The translations under genes were made by a program, and so were the position numbers. Source: Pocillopora damicornis (Eukaryota). From it: a stretch of DNA of 64,000 nt. The notes beneath the pieces are model-generated. The model saw only the letters and a program-made list of their open reading frames with translations. It did not search any database and was not told the origin of the DNA. Positions 23,723 through 38,074 of this stretch are shown here, piece by piece; position 1 is the stretch's first letter; each line of letters starts with the position of its first letter. The stretch covers positions 372,001-436,000 of the forward strand of contig NW_020846942.1 of assembly GCF_003704095.1 (NCBI RefSeq), written 5' to 3'.

Positions 23723-26700
23723 CCCTTTGGGAGCTTGGTTCCACCTCTCATGTGACAGGTAGTCTTGACACATACACTGTGCCCTTTCTTTGCAGACCAA
23801 AACGATGACCTCAACAACATAGCTAAAGAGGAGAAGAGTCTTGCTGAGGGAAGACCAACAGAACCAGATGAGGAAGGGTATGTGCAATCTTTACATTGTG
23901 ACCACACAGCTGATCATCATTATTTTTCTCAACGCAACTCATGGTACTGTTCAGAAGTAAATAAGAGTCTTATATAATATGATCATGAAGTTCTGGAGGC
24001 ATCTAATGAATAGAGATTTTAAGTTAACTTTGCTTAGTACTTTGCCTTCCCCCCTGCATGATATTTTACAGTTATCTTGCCACTAGGAAGACTCACCACC
24101 AGTGAGCTCACCACTAAGGTAATTTCACCACCACCAAGGGGCCACCAGTAAACTTGCCACCAAGGTTGCTAGCTAATTCATTATAGATTCAAAGATTTAG
24201 GCGACTCTTAAGTTTGAACTTAAGTCTTGCAAGCATCACCATAGGAATGCCAAAGGCAAAACCACAGAGCTGTGCTGAAGGCTCAATAGTTTTATCAAGA
24301 TGGCGGAAGGTGAGTCAAATGTGCATAATAATCAAGGAGCCACCAATTTGATCTGATACAAGAAGATATCAAAGGGACTATTGAATGACGAATTCGATCC
24401 TGTAAATATTTAGAATGTTCATAGTGACTGCAACTTTTTGATTGAACAAACAAATTACAAGGAATATTATTGAACGCATGCATATTTTTGTTGACAAAAC
24501 AAGTGTTTTGAAAGCTCACGAGGAGATCCTGACAATTTTTACTCCACTACCACAACAACTCTAGTGGCGAGTCTTCCTGATGGCAAGGTGACTGCGTGAC
24601 CATCACAAGCTTATCCCCTTGCATTTCATCAAATTTTCATCACAGTTCAGCTCAACCAATTTACACCCCTGTGTGCCAAGAGGCACTATAAGAGTGAAGT
24701 TTTTGCCCAAGAAGACAATATAGTGACCAGTTCAGGAGCCTCTTTCAAAGGCCCTAATTCCCTTTCAGACTCAAACCCTTATGTTAAAGTTCTGTGAGGA
24801 TTAGTGATTTTTACCTTTGCTCAAACACATTTCCCTTGTTTCATTACCAGATATTTTAACTGTTTAAATTTCAAACTTGTTAATATTTTAATCTTGAATG
24901 TAAATGCAGCAAACAAAACTCACTTTTTGGGACCAGTAACCACAAACATTTTCTTCTAGCACATTTTACAAGTTAGATAGGAAGTATATTTCTTCAAATG
25001 TTGATCAGGGTAGAATCTGAAGAGGAGGCTGGTGAGCAGCTGATTCAGGATATTTTTGGTGCTAGTGATGAGGAGGAAGAATTTGTGGTAAGAATGAAAA
25101 CACCTGACAGTTCACTTAGTTTGTTTCGCCTCTCTTTCTAGCTAAACTTTTTCACTACCAGGGATCTGAATGCTAACTCCCCCCCCTAAGTGATGATCAT
25201 ATATGAATATTTGAATCAATGAAATCACACACATACCCCTCCCCTAACCCAACATTAACCCTAATTTGTTATTAGTTGACTTTTGTTGATTAAGGGAAGG
25301 GGTGGGTGGGCAGTTACACAGATACTAACATTGAGCGAAATATTTTCTGGCTTCTTATGAGAATTTGGTGTTTTAACATAACAATATAGTCAATAAACTT
25401 GTACCCTTTGCAAGATGACATTTTTTTCAATGTTCTTTACTAGTCTGCTCTGATACTGTAATCAAAACAAATGAACAATTTCTTACTGATTCTTCAAACT
25501 TTTAGGGATTTGGACAAGAAGACATTGAAGTGACCAAGAAGAAGAAGGGAGGTAAAGACTTATAGCTTGTTACTTTTTCCAATCAGTAACTGTTTATCCA
25601 GGGAAATTTTGTTGTGCACAGTTTATATTACTCAAAGTCAAATCCTTGCTGTCTGTATTTAGCACGAGACAGAAAGCAGCACTCACTGTCCCTTGGATCA
25701 GAAGCTGATGATGAAGAAGTTAAAGCAAATAAGGATGACTTGGAAACAATGAAGGTTCCAAAACCCAAATCTAACAAAAGTGCCTTAGATGATGATGATG
25801 ATGATGACGATGATTTGGATGACAAGCAAGTGTAAGTGTACTGTAATTAAATTCATTTCAGTCTGCACCTTTTTTTCAAACAATGAAGAGAGCTCTTGGA
25901 ACATTACTTGTTCACTTGAATGATGTAATTGCATTGGTGCTTTTGCCATTCTGAATTCCGTCAGGTTTCTCTTGGTACATTTCTCTTAATTACAATTTAC
26001 ATGTGGGGGTCAGTTTGTTACTGTTATTCACCCAAAAAATGCAATTTACCCAGGGGTATTTCATGTAATTGTGTTCTTGTATTTATACATGTACATCTTG
26101 TTTTCTTTTTAGGTTTGTGTCAGATTTTGACCTGATGATACAGAAAAAGAAAGAGGTACATCCAAACTTGCAGTCTTTATGGTTACTCAAAGGAACTTAT
26201 TTTACAATGTTTTGTTTCTTCTCTGTGATTTCTTCTGAAGTTGCATCTTGCAAGTAGGGTTAAATCTCAAGAGTGGATTTCCTTGGAATGGAAAATAGAG
26301 AAAGAAAAAAGTCTCCTTGGCTTGCAGAATCCTTCTCTGTAAATCACTTTGTTAAGCATCAGCTACAAAATAGAATTTGGGTTTGGCCCATGCTCATAAC
26401 AGATTTTTGACATCTTGGTATATCTATGATTATATTTTGTTGTCAAACAGGCTGATTTGACAGGACTTAAGGTAACCTTTAGCAGTTTCATGTGTATGAT
26501 GGTTTTATGACTGTCTCATTATTTGTGTGCTTATACAGATGAACAGGAATTTCAGAAGGAAAAGGAAGGTAAGAAGTATTTACAGACTATTGGTAATTGA
26601 AACAAGTGGAGTTCAATTTGGTCTGACATCATATTCGTGATTTCACAATCAAATTGGAATGCACCACAAGTTGATTTGAGTTCACAAGTATGATTTCAGG

Positions 26701-29700
26701 CCAAAATTTTTAAGACAAAAAGTTACTTTAGTTAATCAGTTTTGAAATTACAAAGTTTCATTTATTTCATATGTAGTTAGATTAACACATGAAAAAGCCC
26801 CACATCGAAATCCAAGAATAACAATCGTCTGTGTGCACTTTCCATGGGATAATCTATATCTCCCAATGAAATTCACCTTTTTGTGCATAAAAATATATTT
26901 TTTTATCTCAGAGGTCTCTGAAACACAGTTATAGTTAATGAAAGTTTAATGAATATGAATAAAAACTCACAGATGATTAATGGTTTTGGACTTTAAGAAT
27001 GTGGACATCATAAGTGACAGTGATGATGCAGTAGCACATATGATAACTCAGATGAAAGAAGTTGCAGAGGTACCTGTGATTTTTACTTTGGGTTATTTTT
27101 ATAATTATAATTTGTAATTCCACTTTGAAATTCCAATTAGCCCATAATTCTTATTGTTGTTTTTCTAGCTTCACATGCAGTTTGTTTCTTTTTATTTATT
27201 TAGGAAGATAGGATGCTGAACGGAGCAAAGCAAGCAGCTACCAAGAAACTCAAAATGCTTCCTTCTGTTCTAACACACTTACACAAGTGAGTCTCTGATT
27301 GTTATCCCGTTCGGTCTGCCTTCCTTATTCAAAATACTTGTCTTTAATTGTTTTGCTCACTCCATGATTGTCTCTTGTTTGGTATTTCAGAGCTGATTTA
27401 CAAACTACATTTCTCGAGCTTGGCGTTTTGCCTGTTTTGAAGGTTAGTAAGCTCTTTCATCCAGATGTGTTATTTTTCTTTTACCCTTAAACGAAGAAAT
27501 GTTTTGTCAGAAATAGAAAATTTAGCAGCTGAGCAGAAAGTTGGCAGTTTCGATAGGTCGTGAATCCTATTGTAAACGTCCCAGATTACTTTAACGCTCA
27601 ATATGAAAATGGCTGTATAACTTTTTCCCGATGAAAATGAAAGTATTTTCTCTTGAAAAGCACTACTTACATGACTATGGACGCGCCGGAAGTGCGTGTA
27701 ATTTCCACGCGTGTAGTTACTGTAGCACTCGTGGTCGGTATTCTACATAATAACTCATGTCGTATTTTGCTTTACGCTTTAGGACTGGTTGAGCCCTCTG
27801 CCTGATGGTTCTTTACCTCATCTTCAAATTCGAGAAGGACTGCTTAAAGTCTTAGCCGAGGTAATCTTTGAGCTTGAAATGCTTGTGGGCTTTCTGAAAA
27901 TAAGTTCGTACTTTTGTCCCTCTGTCCTCAGTCAACATCTTCTTTAGGATTTAATGGACCAGAGGTAGTAACTCTGTATGGATTACCCATGATCCTCGCT
28001 GCCAGTTGGGTAGTTCTGTGTCACTAACAATGTTCCTTTTGCTCACTGGCTGAATTGTAGCTACGATTCCCTCGTGAGGACCTCACTCTCGGTTGATAAG
28101 TAGTTGTTTGTTTTTAGTTTCCTTCTATGGACAGTAGAACTCTTAAAATGAGCGGAATCGGTAAGGCAGTCATGTACCTGTGCCGCCATCCGAGAGAGAC
28201 AAGAGCCAATAAGAAAATTGCAGGAAAACTCGTCAGTAAGTATTGTTATTACGGTTACAAGAACGAGATTTGAATAGAAATTTCCTTCAAGGATCCCTTC
28301 TGAAAAGTCGTGCATTATGTAACGGAATTAAATAATGCTTTGCGATAGAAGCCCATCTCACCGCACCACATTTCAGTACAATTCCAGTGGTAGCATAACG
28401 TTAAAGAATTTCCCCTCGCCCTCTTTCGTCAACCTTGTTCCCAAGGACCAAAATTAGAATAGAGAGGACCCTGTCGGCTTGTCTTTGTCCAAGAGATTTT
28501 AAACTGTTGCTTTGTCGGTTCCTCGTACCCCTAAGCAGGCCATTTTCCTTAGCACCAAATTTATCTTTTATTTTATACAAGTCCAACTCATTTTATAAAT
28601 GTAATAACATGATTTCAAGTGCAATTTGATGTTAATGAGCAGTAAGTAAATTTTCAAAGACAACAAAATTGCACGAGGTCGTAGGTCAAGGGCAATTTGT
28701 AGTCTTTGAAAATTTACAAGTGCTTATTAACACCAAATTGCAGGATAAATCATGCTATTACTTGTTGATAATATGCATGAAAAAAGCATCCCAAAAAAAA
28801 GTCAAGACAGGCAAAATTTTGACAGCGCACGCTATTTGTTATTTAAACTCGTGTTGCAACTTTGCACTCTGGTTGCATGAGAATGCGCTCGTTTTCAGTC
28901 AATCAGAAGCGAGTAATTTTTCATGCGCATTATTATGTATGAAAGGTCCCAGAACTTTTCATAATTGTTAAAAAGGGTGGGTTTGGGGCACGTAAATAAG
29001 ATAGAAAGCAAACGATCAAGTAAAGTTACTCCGATAGAAGGGAATTTTCTGGAAGTACTTCCGTCCTCCCTCATAAAATGAGAAGTACTTCCGCCTTCCC
29101 ACATTAAAATGACCCTAGAAGTTTAATGCTTTTAGCTTCAGGGCGTTTAGCCCCTTTTTTTAATTTATTGTTATATTTCATTTGTTTTGGTTTTTTTTCT
29201 CAGTATTTATTTTGTTTACTAAGTTTGTGGTTTATTCTGTCTAGATGACTGGGCGCGGCCGATTTTTGGTGTGACGTCAAACTTCAAATCCCTCAGTCGA
29301 GAGGAGAGAGAACAGCGGGATTACCAAAACATGTCCAAGAAAAGAAGATTAAGGTATCGTGTTGGAATTTGTTACTATGGAAAGCTTCTTCCACGACAAC
29401 TTACTTCAAGGGTTCCCCCCATTTCAGGGACCCAAATTCTTGTCCCGACTGAAAAATCTTCTTACAACCGCTGGTCTGTCAACTTCACTGAAGGAACACC
29501 TTTGTGAAGCGGATGCAAAAATAACATTTGTTTGTACTATTGCAGCATTATTTTTTATTTGGACCAATCCGGCTGATGTTTGAACCGCAGCTGGTTTTTA
29601 TGAACGGAAGTTGTTTCCAGTGAGGTTCACGTAGTAGTGAAAATGATGGTGAACTCATACTTACTTAAAACTTCATCGTTTCAGTCGTTATGCTCAACCA

Positions 29701-30592
29701 TCTCAGCAGTCATCCCATTTGAAATCATCTCTTTTTCACATATCCTATTTCGAGGGTATCATACTTTTTGAGTTGCGTCCTTATCTAAAGTAGACTAAAA
29801 GAGATTATCACGCTTGTTTTATTTTGCTTTCTCAGTTCAGTAGATAGCGATGGAGGCAGGACTCCAAAGTCCATCGATTCTGCTCTGCAGAGCGACAAAA
29901 AGTGAGTACGCTTGATCTTCAACCTTATTTGTTTTGCGCTTCACTAACGCGACGTGTCTTGAACCCCTCTTCAGAGCCGTGAAGCCTGGTGACAAGGGCT
30001 TTGTGATGCGAGCCCGCGTTCCCATGCCATCCAACAAAGATTACGTTGTGCGACCACAGAATGCTGTTGAACGGATGGATTTCTCCAAGGTAAGTCGATG
30101 ATGAGACTACAGTTACTAGGTCAGTGTCACGTTACGTACACATGACTCGCCTTTGAGCGACGGTTGTCAGGCATATTGGAAAGTACAATTTGCCAGTGTG
30201 GTGTAGAATGCAGTTGAAATCTAACTTAAGGGCTGCCTGACCAGTAAACGCCTAACAGGTTGCTATTATGATAGACATATGTATCAGCTTGAAAGTGTTC
30301 TTTTGAAGGAAAGTTATTAGCTTTAGCTATGGGGGAAGATTAGAAATCAGTTTTAGTTTAGTGTATACAACCAATTTACGAACAAAGGATTAATCAGACA
30401 GTAAAAAAGTTATTGGACATAAAACGAGTTTCGTCTTGCTTTGCTATGTTCTGTCAATTTCAGAAACCTCAAAAGTCGATGAACCGTTTTGAAAAACAGA
30501 AGAGAAAGTTTGATGAAAAGAAAAAGCTTCTCAACAGAGGATCACAGCGAGCCGTGGGTATTAGCATCGAAGGAAGGAAAATGGCTCTTTGA
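22028..30592 (+). CDS. IWS1: Transcription elongation factor IWS1/Spn1 homologue (about 16 exons)
   Basis: Acidic first exon 22028-22783. Later exons give [24 protein letters not shown] (27783-27860), [30 protein letters not shown] (28118-28235), WARPIFG (29245-), [16 protein letters not shown] (29975-30089) and the terminal [14 protein letters not shown]. Confidence 0.93.
23371..23507. mobile_element. Foldback MITE (near-perfect hairpin); degenerate second copy ~25225-25336
   Basis: GGATCAgcATCAGTATCTGGGCAAtTGCCCACCTACCCCTCCCCTAA is mirrored by TTAGGGGAGGGGTAGGTGGGCAgTTGCCCAGATACTGATaTTGATCC. Confidence 0.8.
23687..23720. repeat. Poly-C tract (~34 nt)
   Basis: Uninterrupted C run in IWS1 intron 1. 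Confidence 0.9.
28630..28970. repeat. Palindrome-containing dispersed repeat in an IWS1 intron
   Basis: Inverted arms taaattttcaaagacaacaaaattgc ... gcaatttgtagtctttgaaaattta. Confidence 0.55.
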
Positions 30593-33500
30593 TCGACGCC
30601 GTTTACGTGCTGCCTACACGAAGTAATCGTTCATGTGAAACGCTGATGCTAAATGAATCTCTACTGCAAGCATCCCTCGTCTTTGTGAACACGCAATGAA
30701 CAAACGTCATCAGTCACTTGAGAGATGAATGGAGCGAAGTGTTTTGACGCACGCCTATCAGAGCCAACGATGTAACAACTTTTTAACTTGCGCTAATTGT
30801 AATGAAAATGAATGAAGGAAAATAGGGACAGAAGATTTTTGTTACCTTTGATAAGAAATCCATACTCTATTATTAGTATCCTGATATGATTTTGTGAACT
30901 CGTAACTTGACTTCAAAGGACTGCAGGGAAAGTAACTGAGGTTTGAGCTATTACACTCTAGGTTATAGAACCTTAGATTAACTTGTGTTTTTTTTTTTGG
31001 TTGCTGTTTGAAAAACAAAAGTTACTTCCCTTTGTGTCCGCGCGAAAGCATCTTCATAAATACTCGGTTTTGTACATAACAAAATAATTATTTAAAACTT
31101 TTAAATTGTGGAATCATTGCTAGAGATACAACAGACAGATGAAGGTTTACTCGGTTTCTATGCGAAGCCATTGGATTTGTTGTTTCGCAAGGATGGAAGC
31201 TACGGCGAGTTTCTACCAAGCATAGTTTTCATATCGCGCTGGAAATATACATGTTGTTCGATTAGCGCGGATATTTGGCGAATTGCGTCGTATTTATCCG
31301 AGCCCCTCAAGGGGCGAGAAAAGTCCATGCGATAGGCAAACTGTCGGACCTTGTTATATGTTAAACCATCGAATAAGGGATTTTATCCACCAATATTTCG
31401 TTTCCTAGTATTTTTGGCTTCTAGTTTCTAAATAATTTCTGACTTATCTGAGTATTATAGCGATCGCATACGGTGTGCGTGAAAGACGGTAATATTACAA
31501 ACCAAACCATGTAAGTCCGCTTTTTTATGACCAACGAAACAAACTGATACACTTAAAAGCTCGTTGCTTAAAAATTTCTAGCCCAACTAAAACGAAAAAG
31601 TAGTTGTTTGGATCGTCCAGTGCGTTCCGCTTCCCTTCCGAATTTGACCCTGTCCTATTGTAATACCGTGGCAAACTTTGCGCGTTTCGTTGCCCCAATA
31701 TGGTAATTGGAGTGATGGTGGAATAACAATCTTGGAGGGAATGAGCACAGCAAGAACATCATGGAAAGGCTTTTTCTAGGTGGCTATAGGGAAAAAGCTT
31801 TCAAGTCGCTAGCACAGAGCTTGTATGATTACAGCTTATTCCTAGTTCTTCACGACGCTTATTCCAATTTCTGTTGGCTTTATCGTTAGTATCTGTGGCA
31901 CTGGTAGGATCACATTTCTATTTGATATGATGAAGTACTTAAGATTGAAGGTCTTTCAATTTCAACTAGCTTTCTTCCAAAAGAACCTTTGTAATGAAAT
32001 CCTGACAAAAACATTTCCGCACAAAAGCGAGCGGGTGACAAGAGATTGTTTAAGTGCTTTACCCAAGATCAAAGCACAAAGCTCTTGGGTAGAATTCCCA
32101 CGGGCTATTCCTTAGGCTTCTGCCCTTCATTAAGAAAATGGGGAGCCCTTACGAAGGCAAAGGTTCTTTCAAAATATTTTTGTAGGGCGAAACGTTAAAC
32201 TGGTACTAACTAAGAGTTTTGTTAAAGTATTAAATAACACCACGTGAAGTCCTTATTTTGAAAAAAAAAAAGAAAGAAAGAAAAAAAAAAAACAAGCACG
32301 AAGAGCATAAAGGTGCAATGCTCAGAACAGGTATTTCATGGTGAACAAAGAAAAAGCGTTCGTTGGAAGAGGATGATATCAATTATGGAACAGCATTTGG
32401 TCGGTTCTAGTATTTTCAACTCTTGAAAAAAATCAATTCTGCGGTTCCATCTCGCAATGCTTCTTCGCCTAAGAGTCTTTTAAGAGACAAGTCCTGAATC
32501 CTCAAACTGCAGGAATGCTAGTCCGATGATTTATTTTTCCTCACCTCGAGTGTAACAACGCCAACTCAAATTTAGCTCGTCTTCCAACAAACGATCGAGC
32601 GAATGTTCATGTACCTTACACGACGTATGATGCTTCCTTGACGCAGTAAGTATCGAAAACTTTATGTCTTTTTTTTTCTTTTTTATATATTTTTCAGTTT
32701 AGGGCGGTATTCTAAGGTTACATTTTGCAGAGTATCCTAATTAGAGGTAATAGTAAGGTAAATATTTATCGCCGCCACCTGCAAGTAACCCGCTGGTATA
32801 GCTGAACTGAAGTTAGTAAGAATGTTTCAGTCGAATGCTTTTTTTACATCAATAAAGAATTTGTTTATATTGCGATTTTTGGGTTCTGTTTTTAGAATGT
32901 TATTGTAAAGGCTGAGTGCACTGCTTTGGTAGATTCGCCGAAAAACAGGAAAAATAATCACTTGTTAACTTTTTTGTGTCTGAGCGCCTGAGTAACGGAG
33001 TAATTCATACAAATATTTTAAAGGCGCGTTTATTGAAAATAACTTGAATATTATGACTAATAGATTTTAACCTCAAAAAGTAGGGAAAAACTGCGGACTT
33101 TAGGAGATCTAATGAAAGATTGTGTGAAGTCCTTAAAAGTCAATTGGTGAAATAACATGTCGTCGGCGTAAAGACAATAAAACCACTGTAAATGAACTAG
33201 ATTTTTAAATGTATGAAACTTCAACAATGAATTGAAGCGAACTTTAATAAATGAGTTTTAAATTGTCAAGTGTTCGCAAAGAATTGCCTTGAATCCGAAA
33301 TCTGATGTTCATTTATCAATTTGTGTTTCTGTTATATTTAACAGTCTGTCTGGTTCACAGAGGGAAAGCATAATCTTCCGCTCTCTCACATGAAATATTA
33401 AAACGTCCCGAACTGGTATCGGTTAGAATGTGTTAGCAAGCAAAAAATACCTACTGTTATTTTCATCTTTACGCAAAAACCATGGGTGGTATCGAATTTC

Positions 33501-34889
33501 TTTTACTTCATACTTAGATTCGTCAAAGTACTGAAAATTCTATGTTAAGGAAGAGATCAGCTTGAAAAATGAAAATGATAAATATTAAAAGCACATGGCT
33601 ATGTCATGTGCGATCTTACGACCACGTCAATTTTTGAGAAATATAATGGGGTAGGCAGTCTTTGAAGTCTGACTGACAATTCGGCCATAAAATATAATAC
33701 TATGCAAACTTGGAAAAAGAAATTAAAAAAAAAACTGATTTGGTTCAGAGCTAACATCTGTTTATTCAGTGTAATGGCAGTGTTAATGTATTTACCGAAA
33801 TGTATACATTTCCGATTGTGGCGAAGAAACCAATTCACGGGCCGCGGACATGCTTAAGTCAACAAAAGAAAAAATGTCATAAAAATATTTCGCCGCCTTG
33901 TAATAAGCAAAACAAACGAGTGCTCCGGAAAAGGTGAACAGTTGCTACTCGAAAAGTGTAAATACCATGTTTAAAATGGTTATTAATTTTAATCACGTAC
34001 ACTGACAAAGCTAACAACTCTGCTACAGCTACGAAAATCCTCGTCTGAATTCTCAGTCTTCGCGAAAGAACCCTTTTGAAATACATTTGGGTCACGGTTT
34101 CGAAGGAGTAAGTCACGAAATTTATTCCGCTGGACTCTCGTAAAATCTTAAAATATCAGGAAATGCATTCCTCGAGGTGAGAAGTTTTTAGTTTCATTGC
34201 TTGTCAATTCTTTTGTTTGGCCTGGTACATGGTGAAATGGTTGGTTAAGTTTTGAAGTATTACCACACATCTGTCTCCAAATAAACGCATCTGAATTGAA
34301 AAAAATCAAAACTTTCCATGTTAGTTTCACGATTTCTCCATTTAATTTTGTCCTGTTCGAGATTTTTCTGGCTGGTGGTGATGAAAAAAAATCTTCGAGG
34401 TGAATAAAATTCATACATAAATTATGTTACTTTTATACTGCTGTTTAAAGAGCGAGAACAAACTTGTCTAAGAGAATGACAACAGAGGGCTTTGACTTGA
34501 GGCGGGATCACCCGCTCTGAATCGAATGAAGGAGTACTTCCGAAAGTCCTTAAAGTCAGGATAAATTTTCCCCATCGCTTCAAAGTTTTGTGGGTTGCCA
34601 TTTTGTGTATTTATACTTTGTACAGTTTTTAAGGACTAAGTATCACTTGCGGGCGAACTAACAATAGTATTGAATAATTGAACAGCGACAAGCCAATGAG
34701 ATGGCTCGTTTTTCTTAGCAAACATCCCTGTTAATTAGTCAGAGACATTTAAACAGTGGTCTTTCTATTTGAGACCAATTTTGCTTTAATCGTAGAGGAC
34801 TAGAGCATCCATCACGTGGAGAAGCTGTAGTATTGAGTTTTGTTTCATCTCTTAGGTCAAACTCGACGAGAAAATCTTTTGAAATTACC

Positions 34890-37359
34890 ATGAGCGCTGT
34901 ATCTGAGAATGCCCCATCCAACAGTACCCTACGCGCGCCAAAATGCGCCCGCTGCCGGAATCACGGAGTGGTGTCTTCGCTGAAAGGTCACAAACATTAT
35001 TGTAAATGGAGGGACTGTGTTTGCCCCAAGTGCCTGTTAATAGCAGAGAGACAGAGAATTACCGCCGCTAGGGTGGCCCTTCTGCGCCATCAAACCAGAA
35101 TGGAACCGTTCGAGTCTAAAGGCTGTGGACCATGCGTTGAATTTACGCATGGAGGCGCGGATCACGAAGTAGTATTCCCTTCGTTCACGCCGAGAGTGAA
35201 CTCGGTTTTCTCCGCCAGTCCTCCATCCGAACCAACACGACCAGCTTCTTGCCCTGTAACTGAAGGTAATAAAAAGATAGTTATGATTTTTCTTTTTTTG
35301 TATAGTATGTCAATACAAAGTTAGCCATTTAAAAAATGGTACGTGATTTGAAAAAATTAGTATGTGATTTCCAGGTGTCATCAGGCGTGAAACAAACTCT
35401 AAAACGGAAGACGATTTGAAAGAACAAAAGATCAGCTGCGGTTGAAATCAACTAAAAAAAAAATTCTTTTGTCTCGATGAAAGTGTTGTGTAATCTTAAC
35501 AGTGAGTTGTCTATAAAACCATTTCTATCGATCTTTTTGTTTCGCGTTGACGGTAATTCTAAGCCCAACTTTTCTAAATGTACAGCACTAAAACAAATTT
35601 TAAATTACATCATCATTGAAAGAGGAGAAAGGAACATGCCAAGAAGATAAAAAACATTCGAATTAGTTTTTTCTTGACAGAGGTGTCTCCTAAGATTTAA
35701 TTTAATGCACATGTCAATTGCGTAGAGTTTAAGTGCTATATTTAAGTAGAGAGAAAAAAACGAATTTTGTAATTGAAGGAAATGGACTGTAGTAAAGAAA
35801 CAGTAATACATGTGGTTATTCTCTTTGGGAAATTTGTTATAAATAGGTAATTTCTATTCATTCTCGAATAGTTCATTTGATCGTATGTTTCCGAAAGTAT
35901 TTATCGTTTAGTTTAATGAACTGCACAAACTGCACAAACAATCAAACCACCTGTTGCCCACTTGAGCGAGTACAAAAATATCTAGACTTTTTATCAAAAT
36001 TAATTACTTCTCTGATAAATTGTATAACTGCTTGCTCGTATGTTGAATTTGAACGCTACTTTTTCCTAAAGGGAGGTTGGTACTTATTAGAAATTATTCA
36101 GTGGTACCGGTATGGTTCGATAATTTGTTTCGTTCTAATTCTTGTGCTGACAGCGCTTTTAAATTGGATTTGTCTGACGTAAAGAGGAAATGTCCGCCTA
36201 TTATTTTAACTCACTTTTATTGAAGGAGAGAGACTTGAAAAGACAACAGAAAGTTCTACTGACATACATTTTTTGGTTTGTCTGTTTAACGAGTTTGTCT
36301 TCAATTGAAATGTTTGGCAGACGGTGCAAATAATTCAGTTACTTTGATTGAAAGTGAAAAGGTTAGGGTTTTGTTAATCAAATTGTGAATCCTAACTTCT
36401 CTTCCATGATTCATCTTACAGAGAAAAACTCACAACAGCCAGTGTTCATTAAAGAAGAAAAAATTGATCCGGAGTATTCCAGCAATGACACTCTTCCCGA
36501 AGACGACCGAGGTGATGAACCTCCTCCCAAAAGATTGGCAAGAAGCGCCTCACCGCAGCTTACAAACGGGAATGTTTCTCGCTCCCCGTCACCTCGCTTT
36601 CACGTGCATGAAAGCTGTCGACCACAAGCAGATCATGTGATCAGGGAGAACGATAACTCTTCGTTTCAGTTGCCATGGAGCTCGACTTTCCGTGACCAAG
36701 ATGATTTCGACTACACCGTGAAGCTTCTTCAAAAGAGTCTTGGTGAATCTGCCTTCAAAAGACGGAAACCTCCCCATCCTGTCGAAGTTCTCAGCAAAAT
36801 ATTTCCTTCACACAAAGAAAACGTATTGGAACTCGTTCTGAAAGGCTGCAGTGGTGATTTGGTCCAAGCGATCGAATGTATTCTAGCTGGCAAGAGTCAT
36901 TCCATCGACTTTACGGAGCCAGCCTCGTCCTGTCTTTCCTCTGCTCCTTTGCCTTCTAGTTTTTCCAGCATTCCGTTCACGGGAGTTAAACAAACTCTGC
37001 TTCCAGGCGTGCCTCTCTCTTTACCTCTTACGTCATTCAACGGTGCTACCAAGACTACGGCGCACCCACTGACCTCAATGGGAGCGCAGGCTCATGGTGG
37101 ACTAAGGTTACCTCCCATGATACGAAGCCGTTCGTTACAAACTCAAAGAAACGAGCATGAAGAAAGAGAACTGAATGGATATCATGCGCACAACGGCCTC
37201 ATTGGGCCAGCATTTTTGCCGCCTTATCGAGGTTCGCCTCCGCTTTCTAGAGAAAACAACTTTTTGGAGAACGAAATCTCGGTTTGTTTTCGTTGTGGTA
37301 CAAAATCTCGATCGGGTGACCGATTTTGTGGGAAATGTGGGGCGGACCTTAAATGTTAA
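34890..37359 (+). CDS. Doublesex/mab-3-related (DMRT, DMRTA-type) transcription factor with DM and DMA domains and a C-terminal zinc ribbon
   Basis: Exon 1 (34890-35265) has the DM domain [53 protein letters not shown] phase-1 intron leads to exon 2 (36422-37359) with [39 protein letters not shown] and CFRC..FCGKCG. Confidence 0.93.
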
Positions 37360-38074
37360 CAAGACGTGTCATTTGTTTGACTGTGAGCCATTAGTTTTGG
37401 TGAGGGTCGGGTATATTAAATCGAGCTTACCAGAAAACTCCCCGAGAAAAGTTTAAAAACAGCGGCTTTACCGTTTTCGTTTTCTTCTAGTTATATCAGT
37501 TTTGCAGTGGGGTGTCGTAAAAAGAAAGTTTTAAAAAGCGGTTCGTGGTCTTTCCCAAGAAGTTACCAGTAAGCCTCGATATGGTGTATTCGCCTCATTC
37601 GTGTCCAAATAATTGGCGCACATTTTCCAATCGGTCGGCAAAACTAGTTTCGAAAATAATTAATCCAAGAAAGGTCACAATATTTACTCTTTTATGTGCA
37701 AATTCTGATGAGGAGTTGTAAATGTTGTTGGCAAAGGTGTTACTTTTTTCTCAAGGCAGGATCAAGAGACAAAATCACCTTTTTAAAAGAAACTTATCTG
37801 TGAAACCATCTCAGAGTCCTTTATCTAACAAAAGGCATAAACGGAAATAAAAACGCATTTTTTGTCTCTAACTATTACAGCTTTAATCTATTCTCAAAAT
37901 CAGGGGGTTGGTTGGAAGGAAAAGATCACCTTAACAAGATTCATCTTTACCCTCTACTTGTCACTGTAAGCAATAAAAATGTCAACCAGATTGACTTATC
38001 ATGATTAAAGGGGGGAAGTTTCCTAAGAGACCGTCATACTGCGTAAATTGGCCACCGTAAAGAGTTTCACAAGC

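Noticed and set aside
25826-25837. Tandem GC/GT donors in IWS1, and a NAGNAG acceptor at ~48248-48253 in UPF3
   Set aside because: Common splice-site micro-variation that cannot be evaluated without RNA data.
29052-29112. Two ~30-bp direct repeats (gaagtacttccg...aaaatga)
   Set aside because: A small local duplication in an intron with no evidence of function.
33798-33811. Palindrome AAATGTATACATTT as a DMRT autoregulatory site
   Set aside because: The half-site arrangement does not match the DM consensus, and an AT-rich palindrome is plausible by chance.
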